From positions 3,030,001 through 3,062,000 of the forward strand of contig NC_017080.1 of the NCBI RefSeq assembly GCF_000284115.1: a stretch of 32,000 bases of DNA, given 5' to 3'. The notes below the pieces were generated by a model. That model was not told the DNA's origin and made no database searches. It saw only the letters and a list, made by a program, of their open reading frames with translations. Positions 18,461 through 26,100 of this stretch are shown here, one piece after another (within the stretch, counting starts at the first letter, position 1; every line of letters begins with the position of its first letter). The translations under genes were made by a program, and so were the position numbers. The stretch comes from Phycisphaera mikurensis NBRC 102666. Its GTDB lineage: Bacteria > Planctomycetota > Phycisphaerae > Phycisphaerales > Phycisphaeraceae.

Positions 18461-18507
18461 CGCACGGGAAGCGGGTCCGGAGTCAAACGTCCAAAACGTT
18501 CAGCCGC

Positions 18508-18535
18508 AGGATAGGCAAGCCGCCCCCGCCGTCAA
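18508..18535 (-). promoter_or_regulatory. Candidate sigma70-like promoter, about 75 nt upstream of the 18425-18460 terminator
   Basis: The minus strand reads TTGACG (18535-18530), a 16-nt spacer, then TATCCT (18513-18508). Confidence 0.4.
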
Positions 18536-18710
18536 GAGGCCATCCATCGGTCGGGCTTTGCGCGGGTTCTCCACCGCGATCGTTCGCTCCAAATCGGCCA
18601 GGTCGTTCCTCACCGATTCCCGCCGCCCCTATGCTCCCGGGTGCGTCCGGCGTCCGCCGGGGCCGCACACCCCGCTGCTCCACGGCTTCACCGCTTTCCT
18701 GCCCCGCGTT

Positions 18711-19625
18711 TTGGAACCCACTTTCTCTCCCCGCCGCGTCGCCCGAGCCATCGGGGTCAGCGAGTCGTCGCTCAAGCGTTGGGCGGACGACGGGCGGCTT
18801 TCCGTGCACCGCACGGTCGGAGGGCACCGCAGGATCCACCGCGCCGAGGCGCTGCGGTTCGTGCGTGAGGCGGGGCTGCAGGTGCGTCGGCCCGACCTGC
18901 TGGGCCTGCCCAACCCCAGCGTGCCCACCGACGGGAGCGGGCGGGCCCGCGAGGGCGGCGACCCCGCCGCCACGCTGTACGACCTGCTCACCGCCTGCCA
19001 CCCCCGCGGGGTCCACGCGTTCCTGCTCGACCTGTACATGAGCGGGATGCCCGTGGCGGCCATCTGCGACGGCCCGATCCGCGAGGCGATGTCCCGCATC
19101 GGCGAGCTGTGGAAGTGCGAGCGGGAACGCGGGATCGTCGTGGAGCACCGGGCGACCTCCGCTCTGCTCCAGGGCGTCGCCTCGCTGCGTTCGGTCGTCA
19201 CCCACGCCCCGCAAGAGGGACTCGAACACCGGGTCCGCCCGGTCGTGCTCGGCGGCTCTCCCACCGGCGATCCGTACCTGATGCCCTCGATCCTCACCGC
19301 CTGGGTGCTCGCCGAGGCGGGGTTCGCCGACATCAACCTCGGCCCGGAGACGCCGGCGGAAGCCTTCGTCTCCGCCATCGACGACCACAAGCCCGCGATC
19401 GCCTGGATTGCCTGCTCGGTGCCCGACGCGCGGCCGAGCACCAACGATCTGAAGGACGTGCTCAAGGCCCTCGCCCCCCACGGCGGCTCCCTGGTCATCG
19501 GTGGCCGCGGCTTCTCTGCCGACCCACCCCCGCCGCTGCCGCGGATGAGCTTCTGCGCCACGATGAGCGACATCCACGGCTTCACCGCCGCGTTGCGCGA
19601 GCTCGACGCCGCGCCGGGGAACTGA
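18711..19625 (+). CDS. DNA-binding protein: N-terminal excisionase/MerR-type HTH fused to a cobalamin-binding-like (B12-binding_2 plus Rossmann-like) domain
   Basis: FSPRRVARAIGVSESSLKRWADDGRLSVHRTVGGHRRIHRAEALRFV is the HTH. The C-terminal VVLGGSPTGDPYLMPSILTAWVLAEAGF...VIGGRGF has the B12-domain layout. There is no in-frame ATG before the HTH, so I place the start at TTG 18711 (uncertain). The stop lies 27 nt before thrS. Confidence 0.75.
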   Translation: MEPTFSPRRVARAIGVSESSLKRWADDGRLSVHRTVGGHRRIHRAEALRFVREAGLQVRRPDLLGLPNPSVPTDGSGRAREGGDPAATLYDLLTACHPRGVHAFLLDLYMSGMPVAAICDGPIREAMSRIGELWKCERERGIVVEHRATSALLQGVASLRSVVTHAPQEGLEHRVRPVVLGGSPTGDPYLMPSILTAWVLAEAGFADINLGPETPAEAFVSAIDDHKPAIAWIACSVPDARPSTNDLKDVLKALAPHGGSLVIGGRGFSADPPPPLPRMSFCATMSDIHGFTAALRELDAAPGN

Positions 19626-19652
19626 TCGCTCCGCCGCCGGTACGTTGACCGC

Positions 19653-21743
19653 ATGCCTCGCGTACAGCTGCCGGATGGAACGAACGTCGACGCCCCCGCC
19701 GACGCCACCGCGCGCACCGTCGCCGCCGGCATCGGCGAAGGTCTGGCCAGGGCCGCCCTCGGCGCCCGCGTTGCCGGCGAGCTCGTCGACGCCGACCGGC
19801 CCCTCGCCGAAGCCGCCCCCGCCGGCGCGGAGGAGCCGCTGGAGCTGGGCATCGTCACCGCTCCCCGCTCCGACAAGAAAGGCCGGAGCAAGTGGCGGGA
19901 CGATGCCCACGAGAAGGACGCCCTGTTCCTGCTCCGCCACTCCGCCGCGCACGTCATGGCCGAGGCGATCCTGCGGCTGCATCCCGATGCGGAGCTCGCC
20001 TACGGCCCCCCGTTGGAGACCGGCTTCTATTACGACCTCGCGCTGGAGACGCCGATCTCCAGCGACGACTTCGAGAAGATCGAGGCGTCGATGCGTGAGA
20101 TCGCCGAGGAGGACCGCCCTTTCACCCGGATCGGTCTTCCCGTGGCCGACGGCCGGATCAAGCTCGAGGCCGAGGGCAACAAGTACAAGCTCGACAACGC
20201 CGATCGCGCCGCGGACCAGGGCGCCAACGTTCTGTCTTGGTACATCACCGGTGAGGCGGGCTCGGGCGCCTTCGAAGACCTCTGCCAAGGCCCGCACGTC
20301 GACCGCACCGGCCGGCTGGGCGCCTTCAAGATCACCGCCGTCAGTCAGTCCCACTGGCACGGCGACACCAACAGCGATCGCTTCCAGCGCGTCTACGGCA
20401 CCGCCTTCTTCACCGAGGCCGACCTGGCCGATCACCTCGAGAAGCTGGAGGAGGCCAAGCAGCGGGACCACCGCGTCATCGGCAAGAGGCTCGGCCTGTT
20501 CGCGATCGACGAGGAGGTCGGCGGCGGGCTGGTGCTGTGGAAGCCCGACGGCGCCGTGATCCGCCAGGAGCTGCAGACCTTCATCGGCGAGCACCTCGCT
20601 CGTCAGGGCTACAGCCAGGTCTTCACGCCGCACATCGGCAAGCTGGGCCTCTACCGCACCAGCGGGCACTTCCCGTACTACGCCGACTCCCAGTTTCCCC
20701 CGCTGATCGACCGCGAGACGATCGGCAAGCTCGCCGACGAGGGCTGCTCCTGCGCCGACCTCTCCGCGAAGCTCAGCGCCGGCGACGTCGACGGGTACCT
20801 GCTCAAGCCGATGAACTGCCCGCACCACATCCGCATCTACGCGGACGGCAAGCACAGCCACCGGGACCTGCCCATCCGCCTCGCTGAATTCGGCACCGTG
20901 TACCGCTGGGAGCAGAGCGGCGAGCTCGGCGGAATGACCCGCGTCCGCGGCTTCACCCAGGACGACGCCCACCTGTTCGTCACGCCGGAGCAGCTTGGTG
21001 CCGAGGTCCGCGGCTGCATCGACCTGGTGAAAGCCGTTTTTGAAACCCTCGGCATGGCCGACTACCGCGTGCGGGTCGGGCTGCGAGACCCCGACTCCTC
21101 GAAGTTCGTCGGCGATCCGGAGGACTGGGACCTGGCGGAGCGAGCCTGCAGGGAGGCGGCATCCTCCCTGGGCGTTGCCTTCTCGGAAGAACCCGGCGAG
21201 GCCGCGTTCTATGGCCCGAAGATCGACTTCGTCGTCCGCGACGTGATCGGTCGCGAGTGGCAGCTGGGCACGGTGCAGGTGGACTATCAGCTGCCGCAGC
21301 GTTTCGGCCTGCGTTACACCGGCGCCGACAACGCCGAGCACGTTCCGGTGATGATCCACCGCGCGCCCTTCGGCAGCATGGAGCGTTTCGTCGGCTGCCT
21401 GATCGAGCACTTCGGCGGGCGTTTCCCCCTCTGGCTCGCCCCCCACCAGGTCCGCGTCCTGCCCGTCAGCGAGAAATTCGATGGCTATGCCGGCCAGATC
21501 TGCGAGGAGCTGAAGGCCGCCGGCCTCCGCGCCTCCGTGGACAGCCGCAGCGGCCGCGTCGGGGCGAAGATCGCGAGCGCTCAGGCACAAGAGGTTCCGT
21601 ACATGCTCGTCGTCGGCGGCAAGGACGAGGCCGCCGGCACCGTCAGCGTCCGCACCCTCACCGCCGACCTCGGTGCCGTTCCCCGCGCCAGCTTCCTCGC
21701 GCGCGTCATCCGGGAGCGCGACGAGCGGGCGCTGCCTGCTTGA
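19653..21743 (+). CDS. thrS: Threonine--tRNA ligase
   Basis: ATG was verified at 19653. The protein has a TGS domain, then the editing-domain motif HSAAHVMA...HWHGD. Class II core motifs follow (FPYY, MNCPHH, YRWEQSGELGGMTRVRGFTQDDAHLF, GFYGPKIDF, MIHRAPFGSMERF), then an anticodon-binding tail. Confidence 0.97.
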   Translation: MPRVQLPDGTNVDAPADATARTVAAGIGEGLARAALGARVAGELVDADRPLAEAAPAGAEEPLELGIVTAPRSDKKGRSKWRDDAHEKDALFLLRHSAAHVMAEAILRLHPDAELAYGPPLETGFYYDLALETPISSDDFEKIEASMREIAEEDRPFTRIGLPVADGRIKLEAEGNKYKLDNADRAADQGANVLSWYITGEAGSGAFEDLCQGPHVDRTGRLGAFKITAVSQSHWHGDTNSDRFQRVYGTAFFTEADLADHLEKLEEAKQRDHRVIGKRLGLFAIDEEVGGGLVLWKPDGAVIRQELQTFIGEHLARQGYSQVFTPHIGKLGLYRTSGHFPYYADSQFPPLIDRETIGKLADEGCSCADLSAKLSAGDVDGYLLKPMNCPHHIRIYADGKHSHRDLPIRLAEFGTVYRWEQSGELGGMTRVRGFTQDDAHLFVTPEQLGAEVRGCIDLVKAVFETLGMADYRVRVGLRDPDSSKFVGDPEDWDLAERACREAASSLGVAFSEEPGEAAFYGPKIDFVVRDVIGREWQLGTVQVDYQLPQRFGLRYTGADNAEHVPVMIHRAPFGSMERFVGCLIEHFGGRFPLWLAPHQVRVLPVSEKFDGYAGQICEELKAAGLRASVDSRSGRVGAKIASAQAQEVPYMLVVGGKDEAAGTVSVRTLTADLGAVPRASFLARVIRERDERALPA

Positions 21744-22126
21744 GGCACGCCCATCCCCCCCCATCCTTCATTTGCGCTTGCGGACCGCGGAGCCGGAGGC
21801 CGCACGAGAGCCCCCACCCGCGAAACATGCCGCGCGGTCTCTAGCACCCGAGAGAGACTGCCCGCGGCGGCTTCCCCTCCTCTCCAGCCTTCCGCAGGGG
21901 CCTGGCCACCTCCAGGAACGGCTGCGGACGCGGGTTCTTGGCCGATGATGCTCGCCCGGGGCGGAATCGACGGCTGGGAGGACGCGGTTGGACGCTGCCG
22001 TCGAGTTACCGGGAGGTGAGAAGCCGCAATCGGTGCTTGGACGCCGGTTTTCGCGTCTGTGGGCGCAGCAGACAGCCGAGGCCGCGGGCGGCACGGTCTC
22101 GACGCAGGGCATGAGAAGGGACCCGC

Positions 22127-23119
22127 TCAGAAGTGCGGCGAGCCGCGGGCGAAGCGCGGGAAGCCGGAAAGCAGGTCGTCGGGATCCAGCCCCAGACGCT
22201 CGAAGATGGAAGCGGCGTCACGGGGGATCGTCGCCTTCCCCTCGCGGAACAGGCGCGAGGCGATGTCGAGGAGATTCAGATAACGCCGCAGCGTGAGCCC
22301 GGGGAGGACCACGCGGGAAGCCGTTTCGCCACCCGGCGACGCGTCCCCCTCAAGCGCCACCAGCCACGAAGCGGGGGTGCGGGCCTCCGGAGCGGCGGCC
22401 ACGGAGGTAAGGCACCCGAGGCGGCCCTCCAGGGAGGTGAAGCGACCGGCTTCGGGGGTGATGCAGAGGCGGGCGGCCAGCGGGTTCAAGTCGACGTAGA
22501 CCATCGTCTTCACGAGCTGGCCACGCTCCTGATCCGTGATCGGCTTGCTCTTGAAGCGACCGGCCCAGAAGGGGCCCTTGGCTCCGTCGAGCTTGTTCGC
22601 CACGACGGCGACGTGCTGCTTGAGGTCCTTCATGAACTGCGAAAGGTTCATCAGCTTCCGGCGGGTGCTGGCGACGAACTCGGCGTCACCGGCCAGCGCA
22701 GCGACGTCCTCAGGCTCCAACGCCACCGGCCCGCGTCGATCCCGGACCGGGTGCAGCGACAGCCAGCGGCCAACGACCTCCTCGGGGGACCAGGCGCTTC
22801 CCCAACCCGGGACGCTCCTCAGAACGAGATGGATGTGATTCCCCATCACGCAGAAGGCGATCACCTCAATGCAGAAGACGCCCGCCAGCCGCTCCACCCG
22901 GTCCAGGAGCAGCCGCTTGTGTCCGTCGACCATCCCGTCGAGCACACGATCATCCTCGCGGAACTCCGGCGGCGGTTCATCCAGAAGGAACAGCTCCCGC
23001 GAGCAGCGGCTCGTGACGTGCCAGACCTGCGGACGCTCCGGGTCGACGACGAGGTGGCGATTGCGGCGAGCGATGCGGAAGCCTTGCAGCCCGAAGAAAC
23101 GCGGAGGACCCGGAACCAA
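22127..23119 (-). CDS. RayT / IS200-like HUH-Y1 nuclease (REP-associated tyrosine transposase-like), 330 aa with a C-terminal extension
   Basis: AFCVMGNHIHLVL carries the HUH motif. GPFWAGRFKSKPI...VYVDLNPLAARL carries the catalytic Tyr helix (Y-x-x-x-NP). There is no in-frame ATG before the conserved N-terminus, so I place the start at TTG 23119 (GGAG 4 nt upstream), 11 nt after the upstream stop. Confidence 0.8.
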   Translation of the reverse strand: MVPGPPRFFGLQGFRIARRNRHLVVDPERPQVWHVTSRCSRELFLLDEPPPEFREDDRVLDGMVDGHKRLLLDRVERLAGVFCIEVIAFCVMGNHIHLVLRSVPGWGSAWSPEEVVGRWLSLHPVRDRRGPVALEPEDVAALAGDAEFVASTRRKLMNLSQFMKDLKQHVAVVANKLDGAKGPFWAGRFKSKPITDQERGQLVKTMVYVDLNPLAARLCITPEAGRFTSLEGRLGCLTSVAAAPEARTPASWLVALEGDASPGGETASRVVLPGLTLRRYLNLLDIASRLFREGKATIPRDAASIFERLGLDPDDLLSGFPRFARGSPHF

Positions 23120-23130
23120 GCGTCTCCACC

Positions 23131-26100
23131 CTAACGGTCGCTCTTCCGAATGGCAAGGCTCATGTTCGGTCCCTGATCGAGGTCTCCGCCGGCGGCGGGG
23201 GTCGGCCGCGGGCTCTTTCCGCCGGCGTGTCGCAGGCGCGAGCGCGATCCATCCGAAGGCCGTGGCTGATTCATCGCCTCGCAGCAGGCCCGCACGGTGT
23301 CGATGACCCGGCCCGCCGCTCCTGTCGCCTCCTCGAGCCCGTACATCATCAGCACCGACCGCGCGCGGGTCATCGCGACGTAGAGGCTGTCGGCCAGGGG
23401 GCCGCGGCTTCTCGCCACGAAGCCGTCGAGGCCGAGGATCACCACGACCTCGGCTTCGTGGCCCTTGAAGGATTGCGCGGTGGTCAGCAGCAGCGTGTTC
23501 TCGCGTCGTTCGAAGCCGCGGCCGGTCTGCCGCGACAGCTCGATGCCGATCGCCCGCATCGCGGGGCCGAGGAGCGCCTCCGCCTCGGCGCTCACGGCCG
23601 CGCCGTTGTACAGAAGCACGACGTCGGCCGCAGGCACCCGCTCGTCCACCAGCAGCCACCGCAGGTGCTTGGCGACGGCGGCCAGCTCCAGGGTGCGCGT
23701 CGCGAGCGTTCGGAGCCTCGGCGGCGGCCCCTCGCGGTCGTTGAAGCGGACGCCGATCCACCGCTCGCCCTCGCGCTCCTCGAGCACCACGAGCCTCCGC
23801 CGGACGAACTCCTTCAGGTCGGTCCGCCCCGCCGCGTCGGCGAGCCGCTCGCGGACGTTGATCGCGAGCTCCGCGACCGGCCGCGTCCCGCGGAAGCTTT
23901 CGGTCATCACCGTCGACCGCCCACGCACGTCGAGGCCGAGATGAGACCACACCGGCGGCTTCCGGTCGTACACGTTCTGCGCGTTGTCGTAGAAGACGTG
24001 CGCCGCCCGGCGGCCCGCGTCCTCGGGATCGGTTGCCCGCACCATCGCCAGCAGCAGGCGCAGCGTGGCGGGGCTCATGTCCTGCGCCTCGTCGATGAAC
24101 AGCGCCTCGCAGCGCGGCAGCCCCGACGCGGCATCGCCGTCGACGCCTCCGTTCCGGGCCAGCAGCCACTCCGCCGCGGCGTCGTGCTCGAAATCGTCCT
24201 TCCCCAGCCGGCCCGAGCCACCGGGCAGCAGGTCGCGGAGAACGTCGCGCACGTGCAGCAGCTGCGTCCGCTCCCAGGGGAAGGCTTCCTGACCGAAGAG
24301 CCCGCCGTCCGCCCGCGCCCGCTCGAACCAGGCCTGCTCCACACCGCTCCGCAGCATCGGCTCCAGAGCGCGGTTGGCGAAGACCGCCCACACCTGCGAC
24401 CCCGCATCGGGCCAGCCTTCCCGGCCGAAACGGAGCACCGTCTTCACGAGCCAGTGGCAGAGGACCAGCGACTTCCCGCTGCCCGCGACCCCGCGGACCA
24501 GACGCGGTTTGCCGTCGAGCGGGAGGTCCACCAGCCGCTGCTGCTCGGCGGAGAGCACCGGAGACGAGGCTCGCCGCCGGGCGATCTGGCCGCCGAGCGT
24601 GTCGGCGTGGGCCGCGTCGTCGACGGCGTAGGCCGCCCGCGATTCCGACACGCGGTCCGCCTCGACCGCCTCCCACAGCGGCGGGTCGCCGGGCCGCAGC
24701 CGCGACGCGGTCAGCGTCTGCCGCAGGGCCGCGAGGTACGGCTGGGCCATCTCATCGCGGCTGGCGAGGACGACCACGGCCTCCCGTGCCCGCGAGAGCG
24801 CCACGTTCACCAGCCGCCGCCACTCCTCCGCCGGGAAGCCAGCGCTGCCGGCGTGCACCGTGTCGAAGACGACGACGTCCGCCTGCGAGCCCTGCTGCCG
24901 GTGGACCGTCGACGCCGACCACGACGTGGAGCCGCGCACCCTCAGCCACGCGCTCACCGCGTCCGCCTGCGCCCGGTACGGCGAGACGAAGAGCCCGTGC
25001 TTGTCGTGCAACCCGCAGCCGTCGATGAGCCGCCCGAGCAGGTCCATCGTCACCGGCCTCACCCAGCTCCGCCCGCCGGGCCCGCGCTCGGCCCGCATCC
25101 GCGCCAGCGGCACGTCCTCCGCGTCGAGCACCCACCACACGACTCTTCCGTGCTCCGCGAGGGGAGACGGCAGCTTCGAAGCACGCGCGGCGGTCTCCGG
25201 GGCCGTCTCAAGGAAGCCGCCGTAGCGGTAGCCCGAAACCACGCGGCAGACCTCCGGGTGCATCCGCCGCTGCTCCTTCAACACGTGGACGCCGCGCGGC
25301 GCGTCGGCCGGGTCGTCCAGGTGCGAGAGGGCCGACGATCGCAGCCACCGCTGCTCCCGCGTGGGCAGCAGCCGTGCCCGCGTCGCGATCGGGGAGAGCT
25401 GCCGCGGGTCCCCGACCAGCACCACCCGCCGCGCCGCCAGCAGCGACAGCGCCGCGACCGACGCCCGCGAGAGCAACCCGGCCTCGTCGATGACGACCGT
25501 CGTGAACGGGGCGTCGTCGTCCTCGATCATCTCCCGCACCCGCTCCCGCTTCAGCTGGGCCGAGCCCGCGGCCGAGGTCGCCACCACCGCGCGGACGCAG
25601 GGGTCGAGGAAGACGTCGCCGCCGCCGGGTCGGGCGGCGAGACGGGAGATCCGCAACCGCGAGCGCGCCCGCTCCGCGGCCTCACGCTCGCTCGCGATCG
25701 CCTCCTGCAGCGCTTCGATCTCGGCCGCGGTGGCTTCATCCGCTCCGCGCAGCATCGACGCCAGCCCGGCCCGCTCGAAGTCGGTACGCCGTGCCCCGCG
25801 TCCCGGTCGGCACACCCCGGCGACCGCGCCGGCCAGGTCGATCTCCTCGGTCGCCCCCGAACGCGCCGCGACCGCCTCCTCGATCAACGCCCCGCCGATC
25901 GACAGGGCCACCTCGTCCGTCGCCCGGTTGGTCGTCGAGAGCACGAGCACCCGCTCGGATGGATCCCGGAGGGCCGCCGCCACTTGGAGCCCGGTCGTGT
26001 GGGTCTTGCCGGTGCCCGGCGGCCCCCACAACACCGACCACCCGCGTCCCCACCAGCCCGAAAGCTCCGAGAGGGCACCCGACCGCACCGCCTCTTCCGG

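Noticed and set aside
18430-18480. The GGTCCGG-containing hairpin might be an SRP (4.5S) RNA helix.
   Set aside because: It lacks the conserved GGAA/GNRA tetraloop and the AGCAGCC-type symmetric-loop sequence. The structure followed by U6 is better explained as an intrinsic terminator.
18483-21764. Very long ORFs lie antisense or out of frame to real genes. Examples are 18483..21764 (-), 23227..27078 (+), 26875..30207 (-), 6575..8563 (-), 9563..12247 (-), 2..1588 (+), 1335..3182 (+) and 2984..4855 (-).
   Set aside because: Their translations are dominated by R/G/P/A/D runs with no domain motifs. They overlap genes with clear family signatures and near-100% GC3 in the true frame. These are typical shadow ORFs of high-GC genomes.
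21747-22126. A small gene or structured RNA in the 380-bp thrS / RayT-like spacer. Candidates were ORF 21768..22112 (-), the hairpin GTCTCT-N10-AGAGAC at 21837-21858, and a repeated TTGGACGC at about 21988 and 22037.
   Set aside because: The ORF translation is low-complexity with no start or RBS support. The hairpins are short and lack a U-tract, and the 8-mer repeat could be chance. I left the region unannotated and flag it only as unusually long non-coding DNA bordering the helicase/HUH pair.
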